From: a virus
DNA: 64,000 nucleotides
Reading direction: 5' to 3' (one strand)
Virus record (IMG/VR): IMGVR_UViG_3300025890_000019
Below the pieces are notes generated by a model. It was given only the letters and a program-made list of their open reading frames with translations, was not told where the DNA came from and did no database searches. How positions within the stretch are numbered: position 1 is the stretch's first letter; every line of letters begins with the position of its first letter. Of this stretch, positions 21,001-29,556 are shown piece by piece. Position numbers and translations under genes: made by a program.

Positions 21001-23370
21001 ACACTTTCAGACATGTTCTACATGAGAAACGCAACAGGTTTAAGAAACTGTACTGTACAAGGTTTATCAGGAGCATTAGGAGCCGCAAACAGTTATGGTA
21101 CAAAACGTCCAACAGCGGGTGCTTTTGTTTCTCTTGATCCAGGATATGGCACAGCAGATGAAAGCGTATGGATTGGTGCACTGAACGGTGCAGGTGGAAG
21201 ATCACCTTACATTCAAAACGTTACAACATTTGGAACAGGTGCTGTGGGACAAAAAATTGACGGAGATTTACACGCAGGTGGAAATGACTCCATGGTATCA
21301 AATGACTTTACTCAAGTAATATCAGATGGTATTGGTGCATGGATTACAAATTTAGGAAGAGCAGAACTTGTATCTGTGTTCTCATACTACGGACACATTG
21401 GATACCTTGCAGAAACAGGTGGAAAAATACGTGCAACAAACGGTAACTCATCATATGGTGATTTTGGTTGTGTGGCAGAAGGTGTTGACCCAACTGAAAT
21501 TCCTGTAACAGGTCTTGTTAACAACAGATCAACTGATGCTACAATTGACAGTGTGTTCACTGATGGTGAACAAATACTTGCACTTGAATTTGGAAATGCA
21601 GGTAGAGAATATTCAAACGCAACTATAACTATCACAGGTGATGGGTTTGGATTAAACACAGTCACAGCAACTTACAACACAGGTGGAGTTTACAGAATTA
21701 GATTAACAGAAACTCCTGCTTCAGATCCATCAGATTTAGGTGGTGACGGATATGTTACAACAACAAACTCAGGACAAACAGGTACAACAACACAAATCAC
21801 TTTGGCGGCGGCAGATTCGGCGGCAAGTGCAGTTTATGTTGGAATGGCATTGTTTGTTACAGAAGGTAAAGGTGCTGGACAGTACGGTTACATTGACACT
21901 TATACTTCTTCAAGCAAAGTTGCAACAATTAAAAAATTCTCAGATGATTCAGCAGGTTGGGACACACTAGGTGGCAAAGCAGTTGAGGCAACATTGGATT
22001 CAACAACAATTTACGAAATCACTCCAAGAGTGGTTATAGGTGCTCCAGATAACGATGGTTCAACAACTCCTAGACAGGCAGTTGCTAGAGCAGTGGTTAC
22101 AGGAGATGTTATTTCAAGTGTTAAAATACTAGATTGTGGTGCTTCTTATACAAGTGCACCAACTGTAACATTTGTAGATCCAAACAACTCTGTTGACGCA
22201 CCTGTACAAGCATACATTGGAGATGGTGTATTAGGTCAACCAACATACGTTGCAAGAGGATCAGATTATGTAACTGCTTCAGCAACAGTCACAGAACAAG
22301 GTGTACAAGCAACTGTAAATGCAATTACTCAGGCATCGCCAGCAGTGATTACAACCACAGCGGCACACAACTTTAACACCAATGACAAAGTTAAATTTAG
22401 CGGCATTATTGGAATGACTGATTTAAACTCTGGAGTATTTTATTATGTTAAAGTTTTAACAACAGATACATTTGAAATTTATGCAGACTATGATTTAACA
22501 GTAGCAATTGATTCAACTGCCTACACAGCATATACAAGTGGCGGAACAGCAGAAACATTTGGTGGTTTTAGAGACGACTATCAAACTGGCAAATACATTG
22601 CTGTTGAAAATTTAACATCGATTCCAAGAGCAGGTTCAAACATTGAGTTCGGTCATCTACCGGGACAATATTTCAAACTGGTTGTTGTAAATCAACAACT
22701 TGGAACGAAAACTCCTTTCACAGGATTGTTACAAGTTTCACCAGACATTAAATCTTATGAAGCACCAGAACACGGCGAAACTGTAGAAATGAGAATTAGA
22801 TATTCACAAGTTAGATTAACAGGACATGACTTCTTAGATATTGGTACAGGTAATATTACTAGCACCAATTATCCAGGTCTACCTGCTAAAAATCCAATAC
22901 CAGCAAACGAAGTTGTTGAAGGTGGCGGAGGAAGAGTGTTCTTTACTTCTACAGACCAAGATGGTAACTTTAGAGTAGGAGATTTATTCTCAGTAGAACA
23001 AGCAACTGGTATTGCTTCATTGAATGCAGATGCATTTAACATATCAGGACTACAAGAATTACAGTTGGGCGATTTGGCATTAGGTGGAACAAGTGCTTCT
23101 ATCAATGAATTCTCAACTGATGGTACAATGGCGGCTAATTCAGACGCAATTGTTCCGACACAAAGAGCAATAAGAACTTATATCGCTTCTCAAATTGGTG
23201 GTGGTGCTAGTTCGCTCAATGTTAACTTGATTACTGCGGGATTAGTGGTAATTACTGGTAATACGATAAGTACAAGTAACAACGTAGGGATCAATTTCCA
23301 AAGCGTCACTAACTTCAAAAAAGGAGTTACTGGTGTGCCGATTGCGATGAACTACTTAATACATAGTTAA
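18001..23370 (+). CDS. Large tail fibre protein: 8 Trp-rich repeats, beta-helix region, helical repeats, FCCH-like insert
   Basis: 1789 aa; same N-terminal repeats; YYVGPNGTD..G.TLDRPFRNIRYAL; shares NDFTQV..GIG.W, LVSVF.YY.HIGYLA, YSQVRLTGHDFLDIGTG and GGGRVF.TSTDQDGNFRVG with 12815. Confidence 0.75.
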   Translation: MAEFKLGRIRFVWKGAWYTSALYSVDDVVRYGGRTYICIVNHTSAAEFQDDLTAANWALMSDGQEWKGDWGVNTTYKPNDVVKYGGYIYICNTGHASNADVNIGLEGDLSKWDLFIEGFDYKTDWAISTRYKVNDLVRYGATVYLCVTEHTSASTLSDGLELDLAKWEVFAKGFNWLNTWAINTRYKPNDTVRYGGQLYVCITGHTSAATVALGLENDQAKWQYLHKGIEYLGDWVTATRYKVNDVAKYGANLWIATAAHTAGASLAADEANWDIFIPGLEFEDSWDSSTQYQPGDIVTYGGYQYVGLRNNLNKVPSTETADWDIFVTGFSLKGDYNNATAYKTGDVVRVGGTTYIAIADTTGNRPPSVLHWDKLNEGLYWRGTWANANVYDKGDIVRGSVNTDTSYICITSHTANNVGPATINQPDYAPGVGVDTSVWQLLSGGPENDVLESEGDILIYGASGPARLPIGASGQALVVNSAGTLPEWGFVGQVDQVYYVGPNGTDEPAPNAGVTLDRPFRNIRYALHQIDLGPRNPQGVNLLTRNKAFIQDEVIAWINDQITGNISPFTNAFTYDAVKCRRDIGIIIDATINDLKKGGNVKSREAALSYFTDLGASYVAGQEAETAAAIVRAAYIAQQVVVNSTGYTPDQATTLQVSDLTKVAEATVVADIETLMTLSSDAITAGVITGIPAKSQPQITLNVKTGIYNEILPMSVAANCAVVGDELRSTNIRPAASVVANGDVQYSLQGIQRMEAIISDVIQNNAVTVTPSGGIITVPTGASLGYQGAGLIEGTGTVNTTASGSGTGATFTLTTNAFGFVTGLTVLTPGQNYVVGETITIPSTETINNPGTGDTAIGETITFQVLTVTTGNTVTQNLAVPAGSSAAGTAAAAIADNIEKYIDFKINDNGTEPALTGSNTAEVSAGYTDARLRLLANRDFIAKECAEFVKRANPGYSFGQNDCEDDIKDYVDGIIYDLQYTGNYMSLKGAKWYVNAVEGSTLSDMFYMRNATGLRNCTVQGLSGALGAANSYGTKRPTAGAFVSLDPGYGTADESVWIGALNGAGGRSPYIQNVTTFGTGAVGQKIDGDLHAGGNDSMVSNDFTQVISDGIGAWITNLGRAELVSVFSYYGHIGYLAETGGKIRATNGNSSYGDFGCVAEGVDPTEIPVTGLVNNRSTDATIDSVFTDGEQILALEFGNAGREYSNATITITGDGFGLNTVTATYNTGGVYRIRLTETPASDPSDLGGDGYVTTTNSGQTGTTTQITLAAADSAASAVYVGMALFVTEGKGAGQYGYIDTYTSSSKVATIKKFSDDSAGWDTLGGKAVEATLDSTTIYEITPRVVIGAPDNDGSTTPRQAVARAVVTGDVISSVKILDCGASYTSAPTVTFVDPNNSVDAPVQAYIGDGVLGQPTYVARGSDYVTASATVTEQGVQATVNAITQASPAVITTTAAHNFNTNDKVKFSGIIGMTDLNSGVFYYVKVLTTDTFEIYADYDLTVAIDSTAYTAYTSGGTAETFGGFRDDYQTGKYIAVENLTSIPRAGSNIEFGHLPGQYFKLVVVNQQLGTKTPFTGLLQVSPDIKSYEAPEHGETVEMRIRYSQVRLTGHDFLDIGTGNITSTNYPGLPAKNPIPANEVVEGGGGRVFFTSTDQDGNFRVGDLFSVEQATGIASLNADAFNISGLQELQLGDLALGGTSASINEFSTDGTMAANSDAIVPTQRAIRTYIASQIGGGASSLNVNLITAGLVVITGNTISTSNNVGINFQSVTNFKKGVTGVPIAMNYLIHS

Positions 23371-23383
23371 AGGAGAAAATACG

Positions 23384-23704
23384 ATGGCTTCAGGAAGAAT
23401 AGGAAAAGCAGATCTTTTAGCCGCTACTAATACGACTGTATATACAACGCCTGCTGACACTTTTACGGTGGCAACGGTCTCGTTTTGTAACAGAGGTAAC
23501 CAAGCGGTTACAGTTAGACTAGCGGTAGCGGATACATCTACACCGGATAACTCAGAATATGTTGAATATGAAACAGAAATTATGAGTCATGGTGTGTTGG
23601 AAAGAACTGGTTTAGTACTGTCTGCAACGCAGTTATTGGTAGCACGTTCAAGTGCCGCTAATGTAAGTGCAGTTGTGAGTGGTATTGAAACAAGTACAGC
23701 ATAA
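23384..23704 (+). CDS. Small ~106-aa virion protein
   Basis: RBS AAGGAG; TTVYTTPA..TVATVSFCN...VLERTGLVL; paralog set with 1093 and 10302. Confidence 0.7.
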   Translation: MASGRIGKADLLAATNTTVYTTPADTFTVATVSFCNRGNQAVTVRLAVADTSTPDNSEYVEYETEIMSHGVLERTGLVLSATQLLVARSSAANVSAVVSGIETSTA

Positions 23705-23719
23705 TTTTAAGGTAAATAG

Positions 23720-23727
23720 TATAAATA
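23720..23727 (+). promoter_or_regulatory. T4-type late promoter (exact TATAAATA)
   Basis: Exact T4 late consensus in the intergenic gap before 23762. Confidence 0.7.
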
Positions 23728-23761
23728 GTATAAAAGAGTACTAATAAAGGAAACAAAGACA

Positions 23762-24094
23762 ATGGGAAGATACATATCAACAACTGGAACTGCTGGCGTA
23801 GTCACTAGACAAGTGGCAACAACTTACCAAGCAGTGGTAAATGATAGAATCTTAGCAGATAGTGCCTCAGGCACTTTCACAATCACGTTACCTCTAAATG
23901 CTTCTTTGTTGATCAATGACACAATTCAAATCATTGATGCAACTTCGAACTTTGGAACTAACGCGGTTACAGTTGCTAGGAACGGTTCACTAATTCAAGG
24001 TTCAGCAGACGACTTAACAATGGACTTAAATGGTGCAATCGCAACTTTGATTTACACTGGTCCGACTTATGGTTGGATAATTGGTGCTGTATAA
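23762..24094 (+). CDS. Small virion/tail fibre protein
   Basis: 110 aa; ADS.SG.FTITLP.......D.I.IID...NF.TN.VTVARNG..I.G...DL.........LIY....YGW pattern of phage fibre beta-domains. Confidence 0.65.
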   Translation: MGRYISTTGTAGVVTRQVATTYQAVVNDRILADSASGTFTITLPLNASLLINDTIQIIDATSNFGTNAVTVARNGSLIQGSADDLTMDLNGAIATLIYTGPTYGWIIGAV

Positions 24095-24152
24095 TTTTTT
24101 ATAATTATTATATTAAATTTACAACATTTAAATACTTGGAGAAACAAAAACA

Positions 24153-25115
24153 ATGGCTAGTTTAAAATCATTACTCGGAACAAAACAGGACGCTTTCGTA
24201 TCGGTTGAAGAAAACAACCTAGAGAAAGGGCGTATCTACGTTTACACAAACGGAGCAAACTATTCTAGATTATGGTGTGGATTTTGTTTCCATCCAGCCG
24301 TGGCAGGGACTGCAATAGTTGAAACTTGGGGTTCAGGTGGATCAGGTGCAGAGATGTGTTGTTGTGGATTTGGAACACCAGGTAACGCAGGTGCTTATGT
24401 TAAAAAAGAAATTTCAATGTCTCCAGGAGACTACATCTGCGGATGTACAGGTTTAAGTTGTGGTAACTCAGACACACTTTGTTTTAGAGGTTGCTCAGAA
24501 CCAGCTCAAGTAAGATTTTGTATATCAGGCGCAGAGACTTGTGCTTGTGCAGAAGGCGGAAAAGGTGGAGTAACTTATTGTTCATCTCAAGCCAGTTTTT
24601 ATTGTTGTTACAGAGCAAACGGTTTCTGTGTAACAAGAACAAACAACGACAACTGCGGAATTGTTTGTAACCAATGCGATGGTTCATGGTGTGCTCAAGC
24701 ATACGGTGGTCAAACTAACGTGTGTGGAAGAATTTCATGTGTATCAGCATTTGGTTGTTATCCATCATGTATTTGTATGTTCCATCATCACATACCTACT
24801 CCAGCAGGAATGGGTTCTAAACTTGGTAGAATGATCACTTACACAAATGATGACAATAATGGAACACAGAATTGGTCAGGTATGGGACACTATCACCATT
24901 TAGCAAATTTAGGTTCAGGAAGATTTCCAACAGGCGGTGTGCCTTGGGCAAGTTGTTGGGACGGTGGAAGAACTTGTGGATGTTATCAAAACGATGGTTG
25001 TATACCTCAGATGCCGATTGGTACAGGAGGAAGAGGACCTAACCCATGTCCAGGTGTTAGAGATCACGCAATCAGAGGTGGACACGGAGGAGTACGAATC
25101 AAATTCGTAAGTTAA
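24153..25115 (+). CDS. Cysteine-rich glycine-rich-domain protein 1 (putative fibre tip)
   Basis: 320 aa, 31 Cys by hand count; ETWGSGGSG.EMCCC, PGNAGAYVKK, C-term GG.GGVRIKF. Confidence 0.75.
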   Translation: MASLKSLLGTKQDAFVSVEENNLEKGRIYVYTNGANYSRLWCGFCFHPAVAGTAIVETWGSGGSGAEMCCCGFGTPGNAGAYVKKEISMSPGDYICGCTGLSCGNSDTLCFRGCSEPAQVRFCISGAETCACAEGGKGGVTYCSSQASFYCCYRANGFCVTRTNNDNCGIVCNQCDGSWCAQAYGGQTNVCGRISCVSAFGCYPSCICMFHHHIPTPAGMGSKLGRMITYTNDDNNGTQNWSGMGHYHHLANLGSGRFPTGGVPWASCWDGGRTCGCYQNDGCIPQMPIGTGGRGPNPCPGVRDHAIRGGHGGVRIKFVS

Positions 25116-25119
25116 TTTT

Positions 25120-26136
25120 ATGGCTAGTTTAACAACATTACTTCAAACCAAATACGATTTTTCAGTAGGAAATGAGACTAACCTTGAAAAAGGTAGAATT
25201 TATCAATATTATCCAGGTACATCAAGAGGAACAAACTTTAGATGTCACGTGTGTTTCGTTGCACCATCAGATGGTACAGCAACCATAGAAATATGGGGAG
25301 CAGGTGGAAGTGGCGGAAAAATGTGTTGTTGCGGTGGAGGAATTCCAGGTAACCCAGGTGGTTATGCTAAGAAAACAATCGCAATGGCTGAAGGTTGTTA
25401 CGTTTGTGCAATTATTGGACTGTCATGTGGTAACTCAGACACACTTTGTTTTAGAGGTTGCTCAGAACCAACTCAAGTGTGTTGGTTTGGTGACGCAGGT
25501 GGTGATGGTTGTATATGTGCCCAAGGTGGTATAGGTGGAAGAACTTGGTGTTCAACTGGTAGTTCAATCTACTGTTGTGCAGTGGCGGCTAACTTCTGTA
25601 ACACACAGGGTGGCGGAACTTATTGCGGAATTGTTTGTAACTTTATGGATTCAGCATCATGTCCTCAATTCTGTGCTTTTGCATATGGTGGAGACACAAA
25701 CTGTTATGGTGGATTTAGTTGTCATTACTTTAGAGGATGTCAACCAAACTGTAACTGTAGACAGGTTCCAGTTAATAAATTTCCTCCAGGAATGATTTCA
25801 ACAGAGGGTGGTGAAGTACACTACACAATGGATTCAGACAACGGAAGATCACAATGGTCAGGAATGGGCGGTTGGATGAATGCTTCACATGGTTTCAACC
25901 TAGCAACACGTAACCCTACAACAGGCGGTCCTTACACTGGTTGTTGGGAAGGTAACAGAAGTTGTGGTTGTTACGATATGCAAGGTTGTAACACTTTTTA
26001 TCCAGCAGGTATTGGAGGACAAGGACCAACACCGTGTGATGGAGTAAGAGATCACGCACACAGAGGTGGTCACGGATTAATGAGAATTAAATTTATTTCA
26101 CCAACAGATGAATACGATCTACCAGCAGTACCGTAG
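25120..26136 (+). CDS. Cysteine-rich glycine-rich-domain protein 2
   Basis: 338 aa, 31 Cys; EIWGAGGSGGKMCCC; colinear with its neighbours. Confidence 0.75.
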   Translation: MASLTTLLQTKYDFSVGNETNLEKGRIYQYYPGTSRGTNFRCHVCFVAPSDGTATIEIWGAGGSGGKMCCCGGGIPGNPGGYAKKTIAMAEGCYVCAIIGLSCGNSDTLCFRGCSEPTQVCWFGDAGGDGCICAQGGIGGRTWCSTGSSIYCCAVAANFCNTQGGGTYCGIVCNFMDSASCPQFCAFAYGGDTNCYGGFSCHYFRGCQPNCNCRQVPVNKFPPGMISTEGGEVHYTMDSDNGRSQWSGMGGWMNASHGFNLATRNPTTGGPYTGCWEGNRSCGCYDMQGCNTFYPAGIGGQGPTPCDGVRDHAHRGGHGLMRIKFISPTDEYDLPAVP

Positions 26137-26163
26137 GTCACAGGAGATAGGATAAATATTATT

Positions 26164-27135
26164 ATGGCAAGTTTAAAAGGATTATTAACTACTAGAAACC
26201 CAGCAGAGATGATTGAAGACAATCTCGAAACTGGTTACATTTATTCATATACATCAGGCACAAACTACACAAAATTCTGTAATGGTATTTGTTGGACAGC
26301 AAGAGTTGACGGTACAGCAGAAATAGAAGTTTGGGGAGCAGGTGGATCAGGTTCAAGAATGTGTTGTTGTGGTGACGGATTACCAGGTAACGCAGGAGCC
26401 TATGTTAAAAAATCAATCACAGTAGAAGCAGGTGACACAATGACAGGTCAAACAGGACACAGTTGTTATGCTCACCCACTATGTCACTCAGGATGTTCAG
26501 AACAATCAGAAATTTGTTGGATCACAGCCGCAAATGGAAACGGATGTGTCTGTTCAAGAGGTGGATTTGGTGGTAAATCAATGTGTACAACAGGATCATC
26601 TTTATTCTGTTGTTTCAGAGCACAAGGTTTTTGTTATACAAAATGTAACAACGACAACTGTGGATTAGTATGTAACGTGTGTAACGGACACTGGTGTTCA
26701 TTAGGATACGGCGGAGACACTGGCAAAAACTGTTGCGGACAGTTTTCATGTGCTAGTTTCTTTGGATGTTGTCCACACTGTAAGTGTAGATTCCAACAAC
26801 ACGTGGCTACACCAGCAGGATTATTTGCAGACGAAGGTGCATTGATCACGTTCCAAAAAGAATCAGATGGAACTCCAATGTCACAATGGTCAGGAAACCA
26901 ATTATTTCAGTGGTATGCGGCACTTAACTTGGCAACAAAAACACCAAGACAAGGTACGCCAGATGCACACTGTTGGAGATCAACTAGATCTTGCGGATGT
27001 TATGAGATGCAAGGTTGTAACAATTACCTACCTGTGGGAGCAGGAGGACTATCACCAAACCCATGTCCGGATGTTAGAGATCACGGAATTAGAGGTGGAT
27101 TTGGTGGAGTAAGAATCAAGTTTGTTGCTAGTTAA
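26164..27135 (+). CDS. Cysteine-rich glycine-rich-domain protein 3
   Basis: 323 aa, 32 Cys; EVWGAGGSGSRMCCC; own ATAAATA at 26152-26158. Confidence 0.75.
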   Translation: MASLKGLLTTRNPAEMIEDNLETGYIYSYTSGTNYTKFCNGICWTARVDGTAEIEVWGAGGSGSRMCCCGDGLPGNAGAYVKKSITVEAGDTMTGQTGHSCYAHPLCHSGCSEQSEICWITAANGNGCVCSRGGFGGKSMCTTGSSLFCCFRAQGFCYTKCNNDNCGLVCNVCNGHWCSLGYGGDTGKNCCGQFSCASFFGCCPHCKCRFQQHVATPAGLFADEGALITFQKESDGTPMSQWSGNQLFQWYAALNLATKTPRQGTPDAHCWRSTRSCGCYEMQGCNNYLPVGAGGLSPNPCPDVRDHGIRGGFGGVRIKFVAS

Positions 27136-27177
27136 TAGTAACAGAATGATAAATAAAAGTATAAGAGGATATAAACA

Positions 27178-27834
27178 ATGGCAATAGCACAAGCATTTAC
27201 AATAGCAGTACCAAATGAACCATTCGTGAATGATTTTTCAGATGGTATCGAACAAGCGGCAACCTACAACGGTGAAAGATGGATCAAGTTCCAATACGAT
27301 GCAACTACAGGCGTAATTAAAAACGTGATTGGAAACGGTGACACTCAAGAAGAAATGACTGAAAATGAAGGTCCTTGTATGGAAGGTCATCTTCCAGGAA
27401 TAATTGATGCACAAGCACATCCACTACATGCGGCAATGATCACAAAATGGTATGATTCAGGCGAAAAAGCAGATTATTCAGAAGATTTAGGTACAACAGA
27501 CGCTGACGGCAATGCTGAAACTTGGGGATTTGTTTGGATAGACGGTCAAGGTCTTCTTGGACAAATTTGGGATCTAGAAACAATAAAATACGTAGACAAT
27601 GCCATTGTAGCACCAACGTTCAAAGAACATGGAACTACAGAAGAAATGTTTACTGAAAGTGTAACCAACATGATAGCAAACTGCACAACAGAGTTGGCTA
27701 GAACTGGTGTTTATACTACAGACGAAGCGGCGGCAATCACAGCACACAAAACAATGTTGGAAGGTATATCAACAAAGTATGATGGTGTGTCTTTTTGGAA
27801 AATTCCTTTTCCAGCATCACCTGACTTCAAGTAA
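27178..27834 (+). CDS. Hypothetical protein, possible fibre assembly chaperone (paralog of 27883)
   Basis: 218 aa, acidic; N-term VPNEPFVNDFS and C-term helix + WKIPFP..P reminiscent of tail-assembly chaperones; follows the fibre-tip genes. Confidence 0.55.
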   Translation: MAIAQAFTIAVPNEPFVNDFSDGIEQAATYNGERWIKFQYDATTGVIKNVIGNGDTQEEMTENEGPCMEGHLPGIIDAQAHPLHAAMITKWYDSGEKADYSEDLGTTDADGNAETWGFVWIDGQGLLGQIWDLETIKYVDNAIVAPTFKEHGTTEEMFTESVTNMIANCTTELARTGVYTTDEAAAITAHKTMLEGISTKYDGVSFWKIPFPASPDFK

Positions 27835-27882
27835 TCACTTTTAACAGTCATCAACTTTAACTAGCAATAAATATTTCTAGTT

Positions 27883-28551
27883 ATGAGTTTAGCCACCAGC
27901 AATCTTAATCACATTACATTCCAAATGGAAATTCCTGACGAACCCTATGTGGATAATTTTAGTCAAGGACGTACACATACAGCCCACTACACCGGAGAAA
28001 CATTTTTAAAAATGGCTGTTGAAGACAGTACTGGTTTGATTGGAGAATGTTTGTGGGCGGCAGAATCACTAGAACTGCTTGAACAAAGAATCTGTCATCC
28101 CGAGCCAGGGCATTCTACTTTAGTAATAGATGCTAGAAATAATCCATGGGAAGCGGCATATATTAGAAACACATACTCACACGACGAAGTGCCTAACTAC
28201 GAAGAAGATGTAGGGCAAGTGGACAGTGATGGCAATCCTATAATATGGGATTATTCTTGGGGTCATGTGTTGAATCAGATTTATTACATAAACGATTTAA
28301 AATACATCAATGGTGAATTTGTAAAACCTAGATTCAGACTGCATCAACACACAAATGAAGAAGTACACAGAGATGTTGTCAAGCATATTGAAATGTGTGA
28401 CAGAGAATTGGCAAGAGATTTAGTTTACCGTGACAATGAAAGAACAGCCATTGAAAATTGTAAAGCACAATGGATAGTTATACGAGACAATTTTAGTCAT
28501 GTGCTTCATTGGAAGTTAAAATATCCTGACATGCCATTAATCAAACCATAG
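27883..28551 (+). CDS. Hypothetical protein, possible fibre assembly chaperone (paralog of 27178)
   Basis: 222 aa; IPDEPYVDNFS ... C..ELAR..VY..E..AI ... WKLKYP..P. Confidence 0.55.
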   Translation: MSLATSNLNHITFQMEIPDEPYVDNFSQGRTHTAHYTGETFLKMAVEDSTGLIGECLWAAESLELLEQRICHPEPGHSTLVIDARNNPWEAAYIRNTYSHDEVPNYEEDVGQVDSDGNPIIWDYSWGHVLNQIYYINDLKYINGEFVKPRFRLHQHTNEEVHRDVVKHIEMCDRELARDLVYRDNERTAIENCKAQWIVIRDNFSHVLHWKLKYPDMPLIKP

Positions 28552-28600
28552 AGTCATTATTACATTCATACAAAATATTAATCTATAAGTAATTGTACAA

Positions 28601-29554
28601 ATGAATACACAACAAAAAAGACCCAAAGCATTTTTACTCAATGGTGGAATAGGAAGAATTATATCTGCTATACCTGCCTTAGAAAAATATCAAGAAGAAG
28701 GAAACGATCCAGATTTTATCATTGTGATAGAAGGTGAATGTGATATCCTAAAAGGACATCCAACATTGGATTCAAAAACTTATGACATGTATCATAAAAA
28801 TTTATTCCACACAAAACTAGTCAACATGGATATTGTAAGTCCTGAACCATACAGAGTGCATGATTATTTTAATCAAAAATGTAATATTGCACAGGCATTC
28901 GATATGTTGATAAACAAAAAAGGTATTAGAGAATTACCTAAATCAACATTAGTGTTAAACAAAGAAGAATTAATTGCAGGACAAAAAGCAATAATCGAAG
29001 TAAAAGAAAAATTAAAAAAAGAAAAAGTTGTTGTGATTCAACCCTTTGGAAGAGCAATACAACAAATTGATGGCTCTTTTGTTGATAAAACAAACAGAAG
29101 TATTGAATTTTTTAATTTAAAAAATTTAATCAAAAAATTACAGGAAAAAGATTTTGCAGTTATGCTGATGAGTGAGTTTGGTATAGACTTTAAAGATGCA
29201 GGATTCCCTGACGAAGTAGCAATGCCTGAAAAAGTATCAATAAGACAATGGGCCGCAATTATAAAACATGCTGATCATTTTTTAGGGTGTGATTCTTTAG
29301 GACAGCACCTTGCTTACAGTTTAGATGTACCATCAAGTGTGATATTTGGTGCAACATATCCTGAAAATACTTCATATAAAAAATCAGAAAACTTTAATCA
29401 TATTGATCTAGGACAAATGGAACGTGAATATGATCCAATTAGAATCACAATGGATGAAAGAATCAGCAGAAAAAATGAAAAAATAATGGCAATGTCGCCT
29501 GAAATAGAAGATTATGTAATTGCCGCAGTCAATGGTGAACCAATAGAGGAATAA
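28601..29554 (+). CDS. GT9-like (heptosyltransferase-fold) glycosyltransferase A
   Basis: FLLNGGIGRIISAIPAL; VVVIQPFG; ADHFLGCDSLGQHLAYSLDVPSSVIFGAT matches the GT9 pattern F.G.DSG..HLA.A...P...FG.T. Confidence 0.7.
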   Translation: MNTQQKRPKAFLLNGGIGRIISAIPALEKYQEEGNDPDFIIVIEGECDILKGHPTLDSKTYDMYHKNLFHTKLVNMDIVSPEPYRVHDYFNQKCNIAQAFDMLINKKGIRELPKSTLVLNKEELIAGQKAIIEVKEKLKKEKVVVIQPFGRAIQQIDGSFVDKTNRSIEFFNLKNLIKKLQEKDFAVMLMSEFGIDFKDAGFPDEVAMPEKVSIRQWAAIIKHADHFLGCDSLGQHLAYSLDVPSSVIFGATYPENTSYKKSENFNHIDLGQMEREYDPIRITMDERISRKNEKIMAMSPEIEDYVIAAVNGEPIEE

Positions 29555-29556
29555 CA

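Noticed and set aside
17297-25470. Diversity-generating retroelement (TR/VR pair) suggested by the repeated tracts in fibre genes
   Set aside because: The repeats are exact and in-frame in both genes, with no adenine-specific mismatches; no reverse transcriptase or avd gene in the window.
24153-27135. Selenoprotein or RiPP-precursor interpretation of the Cys-rich genes
   Set aside because: No in-frame TGA; the proteins are >300 aa on a fibre-tip-like scaffold with no leader/core organisation, and no radical-SAM, YcaO or lanthipeptide enzyme is in the window.
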